Source: a virus
Taxonomy: Duplodnaviria > Caudoviricetes
Direction: 5' to 3' (one strand)
DNA: 51,544 bases
IMG/VR virus record: IMGVR_UViG_3300045996_001835
Location: 1-51,544 of that record
The translations under genes and the position numbers were made by a program. Positions 40,154 through 47,865 of the stretch are shown here, in pieces. The notes below the pieces were generated by a model. It was not told where the DNA came from and did not search any database. It saw only the letters and a list, made by a program, of their open reading frames with translations. How positions within the stretch are numbered: the stretch's first letter is position 1; the number at the start of each line of letters is the position of its first letter.

Positions 40154-40893
40154 TGATTCGCTTCTCTTCGCGGCGAACGGACGGGGTTTTGAGTGGGTAT
40201 CGGCGTTCAATAATACCGGCTGAGTCAACGGGCGATGGCGGCTTCGTAAAACCTTCCGGCACTCCGACGTGGGACACAGGGCACTCGCTCTATTCTGGTC
40301 TGCGGGGCGATTGGCTGTTCAACGAAGGCAGCGGCATCGTCGTCAATGATTACGGCCCCAACAACTACGATCTGGAGTTACAGGGCGGCACAACGCGAGT
40401 ATCCACGAGCGAAGGCGCAGCAGTGCGGTTTGACGGGGTGGACGGTCTTGCTGTTGTAAGTAACGTGCTAGGCATTACAACAGCCGCAACGATGTGGATT
40501 CGGTTCGAGCCATTGACACTCCCGCAGTCCGCCGTACTCCTGAAACTTGGCGGCCCTGACGGCATGGGGCTTGGTATCGGCGATGTGGACGTGGACACCA
40601 ATGGTTCCAATATCGCGGCTTTGTTGGAGGCGGCGTACCACATCCCGACCACACGGGAAATCACTTTGCGGACGCGCAACATTGCAATGTCCGGCGCTTC
40701 AATCTACGACGGTAGTTACCCCGTTGAGGCGAGTGGCGGGACAAATACACCAACCACGCAGTTCATCGTCGGCGGGGTAGGTGGTGGGCGATTCTCCTAT
40801 TCCATCGTCCAACGCGTTATCGTGTGGAATCGAGAATTGACTTATGCCGAACTTGAGGCGCTCGAAGCCAACCCATATGCGGGATATCTGTAG
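40153..40893 (+). CDS. LamG/concanavalin A-like lectin domain protein
   Basis: WLFNEGSG...FDGVD...VIVWNRELT. Confidence 0.75.
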   Translation: MIRFSSRRTDGVLSGYRRSIIPAESTGDGGFVKPSGTPTWDTGHSLYSGLRGDWLFNEGSGIVVNDYGPNNYDLELQGGTTRVSTSEGAAVRFDGVDGLAVVSNVLGITTAATMWIRFEPLTLPQSAVLLKLGGPDGMGLGIGDVDVDTNGSNIAALLEAAYHIPTTREITLRTRNIAMSGASIYDGSYPVEASGGTNTPTTQFIVGGVGGGRFSYSIVQRVIVWNRELTYAELEALEANPYAGYL

Positions 40894-42094
40894 CCTTGAG
40901 CATTTCGTAGATTGTTTGCAGGCCGCCACCGAGCAGAACCGCCGCAAATGGCATAGCGAAAATCACGCGACCGCCGGCGAATGGTAGGCCCGCTGCCATG
41001 AGCGGGAGGGGTGCGAGAGCGAAGCAACATAGCATCGGCACCAAAGGGCTTACGCGAGCAACTAGGAGCCAAGCGAGCGCCACAGGAGCGATGAATGACA
41101 ACGACTGGAGCGCAAGGATGGCGGCATGATCTAAGAGCCATACGAAAGCATACAGGCCGGGTGCCTGGCCTTCCGATGGAGTGCCCGCGAACAATGTCAC
41201 GATGACTGCGAGCCAGCCGCACAGAGCCGCAGCGCGTGAGCGCGGGGACGCGAGCCGATGCCGGAACACCAGCCCGACTACGGGCGGCACAATGAGAATC
41301 AGACCGATGGCAGGTACCCACCAGTTACCAGTGCGCACCTCATCAATCCATAGGTTCGATACCGCGAACTTTACGCTTGCGGGCTGATTCGCAACTGCTT
41401 TCCCGTAGAGGTAGATCAGACCAGCACCGCCGCACATCAGGCACGCATGAAGGATGCCGCGCAGGCGGTAGCTACTTGAGCCGGGCAGACCTACGGCGAG
41501 CACCAGCAAGTACACCGGTGTCAGGATTCCCTGTTCCTTACTGAGGCACGCCCCAACCACCAGAGCCCAGGCAAGGGCAAGGGTTCGCGCCGCGCCACCT
41601 TCGAGATATTGCAGAAACGCGTAGATGGCGGCAAGGCAGAACAGCACCATCAGGTGATTGTCGGAGTAGGGGAACGAGGCGAGCCAGTAGCGGTTTGGAA
41701 CGACGTAGAACGACGCGGCAGCGGCAGCGGTCAGACAACCTGCAAGCTGACTCCTGGTAAGCCGTGCTGCGATCATGCCCGTTACTGCACAGATTGCCGC
41801 GAATAGCAGCAGCGAGAAGGCCGTGAGTGGTATGTACCCCCATCGGTCCACAGTGTAGAATTGGGCGTAGTGCAGGAATGACGAAAGTGGGCGGTAATAG
41901 GGCTGTTCAACGTGCAACCAGGGGCCGTACCACCATTGGGCGGTGCCGTGAAGCCGTGCGTATTCGTAACCGATGCGCATCGGTCCGATATCCGGGCCAA
42001 TGTTCGGCGGTGGAAGGATTGCAAGGAACGCCTGCCACTGAAAGACCAAGACCGCGACCATTGCAACTGCCCAAATTTTAAGGGACGACTTCAT
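40817..42094 (-). CDS. Multi-pass membrane protein, GT-C glycosyltransferase-like (surface conversion moron)
   Basis: About 10 hydrophobic segments, YYRPLS and LSKEQG motifs; TG-A-TAGAAT-N6-ATG leaderless start. Confidence 0.65.
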   Translation of the reverse strand: MKSSLKIWAVAMVAVLVFQWQAFLAILPPPNIGPDIGPMRIGYEYARLHGTAQWWYGPWLHVEQPYYRPLSSFLHYAQFYTVDRWGYIPLTAFSLLLFAAICAVTGMIAARLTRSQLAGCLTAAAAASFYVVPNRYWLASFPYSDNHLMVLFCLAAIYAFLQYLEGGAARTLALAWALVVGACLSKEQGILTPVYLLVLAVGLPGSSSYRLRGILHACLMCGGAGLIYLYGKAVANQPASVKFAVSNLWIDEVRTGNWWVPAIGLILIVPPVVGLVFRHRLASPRSRAAALCGWLAVIVTLFAGTPSEGQAPGLYAFVWLLDHAAILALQSLSFIAPVALAWLLVARVSPLVPMLCCFALAPLPLMAAGLPFAGGRVIFAMPFAAVLLGGGLQTIYEMLKATDIPHMGWLRAPQVRHKSILDSTR

Positions 42095-42111
42095 GGCGTT
42101 ATTCTATCACG

Positions 42112-42594
42112 TTACCGCCTCTTCTTCTTACTCGCCGATCTGGGGTCCGGCCCCTTACCTATCCAAACATACTGATTTATCTTGCGATTGTAGGCATATC
42201 CGATGGGCACCCATGCCTTCGTGACCGAGTTCCAGTAGACGGTAGGGCGAGGTGTTGGCGTAGGGGTAACGGTCTCAGTAACGATAGTATAGGGTCCGTT
42301 CGGGTTTCTCCAATTGCCATTGGCAGGGATTTCATATGTTCGGTTTGGAGAAAATACCTGTGACTCGGTTCTTTGCTGGCGAAGGCGTCCGAGTGCTGCG
42401 GTAGCTGCGGCTCGTTTTTCGGCATCGGTCGTCGTACCTCCACTGCCGCGCATGTACGACCGGACCACCGTGCCGTCCTTCTTCGTATATCCGCTCACCC
42501 GGTGACGACGCGGTGACTTACGCGCATCGGCAGTATCGAGTAACCCCGCGAGAAGCGAGGCGATCAGCAGAAGTGGTAATAATATTCTCCTCAT
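42112..42594 (-). CDS. Secreted hypothetical protein
   Basis: Signal peptide; VSGYTKKDGTVVRSYMR motif. Confidence 0.7.
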   Translation of the reverse strand: MRRILLPLLLIASLLAGLLDTADARKSPRRHRVSGYTKKDGTVVRSYMRGSGGTTTDAEKRAAATAALGRLRQQRTESQVFSPNRTYEIPANGNWRNPNGPYTIVTETVTPTPTPRPTVYWNSVTKAWVPIGYAYNRKINQYVWIGKGPDPRSASKKKRR

Positions 42595-43226
42595 GATTCA
42601 TCACCCTCTCTTGCCTTAATTCTCGAAACCACGAAAGCAGTGCTGGCCAAAAGTACGATGATACCTCCGAGAGCTTTGTAGCCGTAGGCGCTAGGTTCCT
42701 CGCTTTCTTCGGTAGCAGCTAGCGCCTCTACTTTCTTCGGCGTAGGATGTGGCTTTGCCTTTGCCTTGATAGGCTTATGGATTGGCTTATGTGTCGATCT
42801 GGGAGCAGCTTTAGCCGTTGGCTTCGGTTGGGCCTTCGGCTTCGGTGTAGCTGTCGCAAACATCTTGTTCAGCTCTTCGGTTGTGTAGACGGGCAGGGGA
42901 GTTGCGGTGCCTTTACGATTGGCTCGCTCGACCACTTCTGGTGGATGGGTTGGTATGGGCTCCGACGTGTCATAAACGTCGTCGCCAAAGGTGGACGACC
43001 GACCAGGCAGTATATAGGTCGATGAGCTGCTGGATGAGCTGGAGCTACTTCCGCCAGTGCAAACACTGCAGGTGCCGCCACCGCCTGAACAGTGACGGCA
43101 AGAGCTGCATGTTGTGCACGCATTACACGTCCCATTCGGATTACACGTAGCCGCCACAACCGGCACCACCGAGCCGACAACCAGGGCAAAAACGACCAAG
43201 ATATGATTCATGGCGGGTACAGACAT
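42591..43226 (-). CDS. Cys-rich exported membrane-anchored protein
   Basis: Signal peptide, CNACTTCSSCRHC...CSVC, Pro/Lys linker, C-terminal transmembrane helix. Confidence 0.7.
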   Translation of the reverse strand: MSVPAMNHILVVFALVVGSVVPVVAATCNPNGTCNACTTCSSCRHCSGGGGTCSVCTGGSSSSSSSSSSTYILPGRSSTFGDDVYDTSEPIPTHPPEVVERANRKGTATPLPVYTTEELNKMFATATPKPKAQPKPTAKAAPRSTHKPIHKPIKAKAKPHPTPKKVEALAATEESEEPSAYGYKALGGIIVLLASTAFVVSRIKAREGDES

Positions 43227-43253
43227 CGCCCTTCACGGATTGTTGCGCGCGGG

Positions 43254-43287
43254 CAAAGAAAAACCCAGCCTCGGGAGGGAAGCTGGG
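43254..43287 (-). terminator. Intrinsic terminator after rhuM
   Basis: CCCAGC...GCTGGG TTTTTCTTT on the minus strand. Confidence 0.7.
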
Positions 43288-43299
43288 AGAGAGTGGGGC

Positions 43300-44325
43300 T
43301 TAGGTGCTCTTTTTTCGAGTATTGGTATAGCCTCGTAACTGTTTCTGTTCGCGTGCTGCTTTGAGGGGCGCTGTCTTCGACGGCCTGGAGTTCTTGGCGT
43401 TAATGGCGCGATTTAAGATCATGAATTCATCCTTGACCTTGGTCTCCATAGCCTTGCGTGAGACCTTGCCCGCACCCTCTAGAATCGGCTTGTCATTGAA
43501 ATTAAAGAACTCTCGCAATTTTACCACCCAGTCCAGCATCCTCATTGGCTTCCCCTCTAGGCTACGCAGCTCAGCGAATGACAGAAATTGCTCTACTAGA
43601 AGTTCAAGCCTTTTCATTTCATCTTCATTTAAATAGTTTTTAGCGACACGGGCATCATCTAGGCTAATACGGTCGCCCTTCCATGAGGTCAGGCCCATGT
43701 ATGGTTTCGAAGCATCTGCGCGCTGAACGATAATCTCGGCTGCCGTGTGTCCGTGGGTGGCGTAGTGAAACTGATTCTGGATTACTGCAAAAAATTCGTG
43801 TGCCATTTCGGACTTGGCGTCGTAGTCGGTGCTGGTCGCGAATATGTCTGTGACTTTAAGATAGAATGACTTTTCGGAAGTTCGAATGCTTCGGATGCGC
43901 GCGAGAAGGTCATCGAAGCGCTTTCCCTCGCCCTCCATGAGTTTCTGCTCATTTAGAACGAATCCCTTGGTGAGGTATTCGCGTAACCTATTCGTTGCCC
44001 ACTGCCGAAATTTGGTGCCGATCTTTGAGTTAACCCTATAGCCAAGGGATATGATGAGGTCTAAGTTGTAGAATGTAACATTCCTCGTAACCTGTCTATC
44101 TCCCTCATTTCGAACTGTCCGGAAATTCCGGATAGTTGAATCTTTCTCTAATTCTCCCTCGTCGTATATATTGTTAATATGCTCACTGATGGTTCGCACA
44201 TCTCGCTGGAAAAGCTCGGCCATCTGGGCTTGGGACATCCACACAGTTTCGTCATATAGCGCGACCTGGACTTGCGGCAAGCCATCGACCCTACATAATT
44301 CTAGTTGACCTTTGCTTTCTGCCAT
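43300..44325 (-). CDS. rhuM: RhuM-family DNA-binding protein
   Basis: ETVWMSQAQMAELF, YNLDLIISLGYRVNS, FRQWAT..LREYL.KGF, GHTAAEII, AKNYL. Confidence 0.92.
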   Translation of the reverse strand: MAESKGQLELCRVDGLPQVQVALYDETVWMSQAQMAELFQRDVRTISEHINNIYDEGELEKDSTIRNFRTVRNEGDRQVTRNVTFYNLDLIISLGYRVNSKIGTKFRQWATNRLREYLTKGFVLNEQKLMEGEGKRFDDLLARIRSIRTSEKSFYLKVTDIFATSTDYDAKSEMAHEFFAVIQNQFHYATHGHTAAEIIVQRADASKPYMGLTSWKGDRISLDDARVAKNYLNEDEMKRLELLVEQFLSFAELRSLEGKPMRMLDWVVKLREFFNFNDKPILEGAGKVSRKAMETKVKDEFMILNRAINAKNSRPSKTAPLKAAREQKQLRGYTNTRKKST

Positions 44326-44408
44326 AACACACCCCTAATATTCCGAACCGTCTATAATCGGTTCGCTCGGTACAGACACCCCACCTCCCCCATCGTTGCG
44401 CCCCACAC

Positions 44409-44444
44409 AAAAAGAAGGCCCACAGCATATCGCCGTGAGCCTCC
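44409..44444 (-). terminator. Intrinsic terminator after the HTH gene
   Basis: GGAGGCTCACGGC-GATAT-GCTGTGGGCCTTC TTTTT on the minus strand. Confidence 0.75.
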
Positions 44445-44484
44445 AGAAGCGGAGATATTCGAGTTTGTCTCCGACTTGATTTTA

Positions 44485-44817
44485 CTAGATAAAAACTCCC
44501 GGCGGTGCGATATTGCGCCAGTATTCACGCTCTGAATCAATCCATGCCTTGATAGTCCTGCTCTGATGTGACTCCGGGATAAGTAGAGCGGCAGTTAGTA
44601 GGCTGGCGCGTGGGGTCGGTTTTACTGGCTGTGTCCCCGTGCGCGTGTAGGTTTCGACGGACGGCACACTCACACCCATTTCTGCCGCCATCTGCACCTT
44701 CGTAATACCCCGCGCTTCGATAATCTCCCACACGATGCCTGTGCCGGTGGCGCGACTGTCGCGGGTGCCAGGCGGGCGGCCCTGGGGGCGCTTGACAGTT
44801 TTATTGGATGACTTCAT
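44485..44817 (-). CDS. XRE-like HTH protein (Aca-like candidate)
   Basis: RGITKVQMAAEMGVSVPSVETY HTH; GRPPG AT-hook-like motif; start inferred at 44817. Confidence 0.7.
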   Translation of the reverse strand: MKSSNKTVKRPQGRPPGTRDSRATGTGIVWEIIEARGITKVQMAAEMGVSVPSVETYTRTGTQPVKPTPRASLLTAALLIPESHQSRTIKAWIDSEREYWRNIAPPGVFI

Positions 44818-44820
44818 AAT
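44792..44820 (+). promoter_or_regulatory. Sigma70-type promoter of the mini-array
   Basis: TTGACA(44792-44797)-17-CATAAT(44815-44820); predicted start falls at the first repeat. Confidence 0.8.
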
Positions 44821-44824
44821 AGTT

Positions 44825-45018
44825 GTGTCAATCGAACCAGTATGGAATTGAAACATAGGTGGAGGCATAACGTATGTTTCATAATTTTAGTCGCACCGCG
44901 CTCTGTGCAAGCAGGGCAGGCGGATTGAAACACTGCTAGGGACGTAACTTGTGTTTCAGGTATTTTAATCGCACCGCGCAGGATAGGTTATTCACCTGTC
45001 CTGCAAGCGGATATCATT
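44825..45018 (+). CRISPR. Atypical CRISPR mini-array: 3 repeats, 2 spacers (29 and 30 nt), repeats 2 and 3 with inserted hairpins
   Basis: R1 GTGTCAATCGAACCAGTATGGAATTGAAAC (44825-44854); R2 ATTTTAGTCGCACCGC[18 nt]AGGCGGATTGAAAC (44884-44931); R3 ATTTTAATCGCACCGC[27 nt]AAGCGGATATCATT (44962-45018). Confidence 0.75.
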
Positions 45019-45271
45019 CCCCTCTTACTAACCGATTTGCCTCTTCAAGGGTGCAAACCCGATAGTCGCCGTTCTCGTCATGAATCTTTAAATAGTGTTC
45101 GCCTTGAAATACGGCTGCCTTTTTGTCGCCTGCCGCCCACCCGTTGAACTCTGATTCATCGTCGCACTGAACTGTCTCCATAGGCGCTTCAGGTTCTCCC
45201 CCATCGGCGTCTACAAAAATAATAGTTCCGGACTCGTGCGTGTAGTAGTAAGGGTATCCAGTATGTAGCAT
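45014..45271 (-). CDS. Small acidic protein (anti-defence candidate)
   Basis: 85 aa, D/E-rich, AAGGAG RBS. Confidence 0.7.
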   Translation of the reverse strand: MLHTGYPYYYTHESGTIIFVDADGGEPEAPMETVQCDDESEFNGWAAGDKKAAVFQGEHYLKIHDENGDYRVCTLEEANRLVRGE

Positions 45272-45282
45272 CTCAGTCTCCT

Positions 45283-45942
45283 TTAATCAACAACGGTGAA
45301 CTCTCCGCTTAGAACCTTTGCATCAATTTGCGCCTTAATCGACAAGGCTTTCTCTGCGGTTAGGATGCTCTCCGCTCCGTCAACGATGCGAGCCCCAACT
45401 CCGTCCTTAAGCTTTAATTGAACACGGCGTCCGTCCTGGCTCTGCGCGGTAATATCAAACTCCTTTTCAAGGATTGCATACTGCTCCATCCATTCTGGAG
45501 TTGATTCCGGAGTGTCGAGCGGTTCAGCTTTGCCGATGGTCACCTTTGCGATCTGTTCGCACAACTCCTCCAGCGTTGTGACCTCGCTCGACAGAGTTTT
45601 CGTGCTGGTAACATTTTGAAAGAACGCGGCTAACTCGCTTTCGGACAGAGCGGAATTAAGAAAGGCGCGGAATTGGGCCACTTCGATCTTATGGAAGCTC
45701 AAGAACTTTTCGATGTAAAAGGCAAGAGATGCAAATGCTTCTGGTGCACCTTCGGCGGTCCATGCAGCAGGGATGTTAAAACCTTCGATTCCTAACCAAT
45801 CTTCTACATACCATTTCTTAGCGTCTGCGTCCCACCGGGCCCCCTTCGCCTTGACTGCATCCTTTTTCTCGAAAGGCACATTCAAATAACAACGCTCTCC
45901 GAGGTTCTTACTTGCGACTTCAAATAATTCTTTGCTGTTCAT
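45283..45942 (-). CDS. DUF5710-like domain protein
   Basis: YLNVPFEKKDAVKAKGARWDADAKKWYV. Confidence 0.7.
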   Translation of the reverse strand: MNSKELFEVASKNLGERCYLNVPFEKKDAVKAKGARWDADAKKWYVEDWLGIEGFNIPAAWTAEGAPEAFASLAFYIEKFLSFHKIEVAQFRAFLNSALSESELAAFFQNVTSTKTLSSEVTTLEELCEQIAKVTIGKAEPLDTPESTPEWMEQYAILEKEFDITAQSQDGRRVQLKLKDGVGARIVDGAESILTAEKALSIKAQIDAKVLSGEFTVVD

Positions 45943-45956
45943 TTCGACTCCCTAAA

Positions 45957-46045
45957 TGCTTATACCTACAGTATACCCAAACTTACTTAGGGTTAAACAC
46001 TATTTAGAGAAATAAGTAGATTATTTTTTCGCCCTCATTTTTCCA
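45957..46045 (-). promoter_or_regulatory. Duplicated promoter/operator, copy 1
   Basis: -10 TATACT (45970-45975); core TATACCCAAACTTACTTAGGGTTAAACA is 27/28 identical to 46738-46765. Confidence 0.8.
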
Positions 46046-46089
46046 GATCGCGCATCATTAAAATCATGCGGCGAATACAGGCCGCTCTG

Positions 46090-46155
46090 GCTTCATTGTC
46101 GTTATTACGCATAATTCCATTGCCCGCAAACGTCGCAGGCTGGTTCGATTAAATA
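46090..46155 (-). repeat. Solitary CRISPR-repeat-like unit with two inserts
   Basis: Minus strand TATTTAATCGAACCA[GCCTGCGACGTTTGCGGGC]AATGGAATT[ATGCGTAATAACGACAAT]GAAGC. Confidence 0.65.
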
Positions 46156-46370
46156 CGGTTCATAGCTTCTGTAACTTCGGTCCAGAACGCATCAAATTCG
46201 CTCTGCGGCACCTCGTCATGGTAGGCGCGAATACCCTCATAAACTTCCGTTTCGATTTCACCGCGCTCCAAGGCGTCGGCAGGTTCGCACTTGTCTACCT
46301 CTGATTTGTAGGCGCGTGCAGCGGCTTCTGCGTTGTCATACTCGTAACCTGCAATAACTACTGTGTTCAT
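46149..46370 (-). CDS. 73-aa acidic protein flanked by repeat units (Acr candidate)
   Basis: GGAGAA RBS before ATG 46370; stop codon lies inside the downstream repeat. Confidence 0.7.
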   Translation of the reverse strand: MNTVVIAGYEYDNAEAAARAYKSEVDKCEPADALERGEIETEVYEGIRAYHDEVPQSEFDAFWTEVTEAMNRI

Positions 46371-46391
46371 TGTATTCTCCGAAAAACTGTT

Positions 46392-46433
46392 ATTTCGCCC
46401 TTTCGGGCAATTCCACATTGGTTCGATTAAAGG
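46392..46433 (-). repeat. Solitary CRISPR-repeat-like unit with a GNRA hairpin in the handle
   Basis: Minus strand CCTTTAATCGAACCAATGTGGAATT[GCCCGAAAGGGC]GAAAT, 30 nt without the insert. Confidence 0.8.
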
Positions 46434-46440
46434 TCCGAGG

Positions 46441-46680
46441 CTAGATGGCGTATGTCACACGGATGGTGTCGCCGTTGGTGTGGCGCATTTCTACACCCTC
46501 TGCTTCAGCCGCGATGGAGGCGCGCTCTTCGAGTTCACGCACAGCGTCGTCGTGGGACTCGAACTCTTCTTCGACATAATCTGTGCTCTGTAGATTGATG
46601 CCGTCGTAGCTCTGAATAGCGATGTAGAAGTTGCCGTCTTCGCGCTGTCCGATCTGATAAACATCGTGGGTCTTAGTCAT
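46441..46680 (-). CDS. 79-aa acidic protein (Acr candidate)
   Basis: GGGAGA RBS; first gene after promoter copy 2. Confidence 0.7.
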   Translation of the reverse strand: MTKTHDVYQIGQREDGNFYIAIQSYDGINLQSTDYVEEEFESHDDAVRELEERASIAAEAEGVEMRHTNGDTIRVTYAI

Positions 46681-46722
46681 TACAGTCTCCCTGTGCTGCG
46701 CTTCGGATTAACGTCTCTGCGC

Positions 46723-46811
46723 TGCTTATATATCTATTATACCCAAACTAACTTAGGGTTAAACATAAATCAGAGAAATAAATGAAATATTTTTTCGCTC
46801 CCATTATTCCA
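46723..46811 (-). promoter_or_regulatory. Duplicated promoter/operator, copy 2
   Basis: -10 TATAAT (46736-46741); imperfect dyad ACCCAAA-N5-TTAGGGT; AT-rich upstream element shared with copy 1. Confidence 0.8.
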
Positions 46812-46900
46812 AGAACCATGCCACGTCCCATTCCTGACTAAAAACCCCTCTCTTGGGGTACACTTATAGTAATAATCGTTTTAGTCATTAGGAGCCATTT

Positions 46901-47857
46901 ATGGGCGATGCAGTAGCGCCAATTCGCGGGCCACAAGGCATTCAGGGGATTCAGGGCATCCAGGGAATTCAAGGCCCAGCCGGACCTGCTGGAGCCAATG
47001 GCACCAATGGCACGAACGGGGCCGATGCTTTCCAACCTGCATCCGAAGACTTCATCGCATCCGGCACGTATAACATCCCCTCCGGTGCCAAGTACCTCGA
47101 TGTTGACGCAACCGGTGGCGGTGGTGGTGGCGGTGGCGGCAGACGCGGCGCAGCGGCTACAGACCGCACGGGCGGTGCTTCAGGCGCAGGCGGTGGAAGG
47201 ACGCGGCGGCGTATCCTTGTCGCAGACCTGGGCGGCGCAACGTCCCTGACAGTTACGATCGGTGCAGGCGGCACAGCAGGGGCGGCGGCAAGCGGGGATA
47301 CAGCCAATGGCGGTAATGGCGGTACGGGTGGCACCACAATCGTTGCCAACGGAGCCACTAACCTGGTGCGTGCGGGTGGCGGTGGCGGTGGCACCGGCGG
47401 CGTGCAGGGCACAACCACGGCAGGCGGTGGCGCGTCGCTGGGCGAGTTCTCAGGGGCTCTAGGAACTGCTGCGACTAACGGTGTGGGCGGCAACTCCAAC
47501 AACGCGAGTATGGCGGCAGGTGGCGGCGGGCCAGGTGGCGGGATACCGGCAGCGAATACCTTTAGTGTCGGTAAAGATGGCGGTGTCGGGGCGCGCGAGT
47601 ATGGTGGGACTGCTACAACTGTAGGTGTGGGTGGCACGACAGCAGGCACAGCAGGCACAGCAGCACCGACGCCCGACACTGACCGTCCCGGCAATGGTGG
47701 AGGCGGAGGTGCAAGCAATCCAAGCGGCGCGGCGGGAGCTGGCGGCAATGGTGCTCGTGGTGGCGGAGGTGGCGGTGGCGGTGCTGCTGTCAATGGCTCT
47801 GCTTCGGGTGCCGGCGGTGCGGGTGGCGCAGGCTACGTGCGTATCTATGCGTCCTAA
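46901..47857 (+). CDS. Glycine-rich tail-fibre-like protein with short collagen repeat
   Basis: GPQ(GIQ)4GPAGPA then polyglycine-rich domain ending GYVRIY. Confidence 0.8.
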   Translation: MGDAVAPIRGPQGIQGIQGIQGIQGPAGPAGANGTNGTNGADAFQPASEDFIASGTYNIPSGAKYLDVDATGGGGGGGGGRRGAAATDRTGGASGAGGGRTRRRILVADLGGATSLTVTIGAGGTAGAAASGDTANGGNGGTGGTTIVANGATNLVRAGGGGGGTGGVQGTTTAGGGASLGEFSGALGTAATNGVGGNSNNASMAAGGGGPGGGIPAANTFSVGKDGGVGAREYGGTATTVGVGGTTAGTAGTAAPTPDTDRPGNGGGGGASNPSGAAGAGGNGARGGGGGGGGAAVNGSASGAGGAGGAGYVRIYAS

Positions 47858-47865
47858 GGAGAAAC

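Noticed and set aside
44849-44958. TGAAACA and TGTTTCA half-sites resembling parS (TGTTTCACGTGAAACA)
   Set aside because: Half-sites are in the wrong order or far apart; they are better explained as repeat handle and fold-back
46036-46066. Possible sixth degenerate repeat (minus strand ATTTTAATGATGCGCGATCTGGAAAAATG)
   Set aside because: Only ATTTTAAT and GGAA match; too weak to call
46969-47793. 274-aa Pro-rich ORF on the minus strand
   Set aside because: Shadow of the Gly-rich gene (GGN codons)
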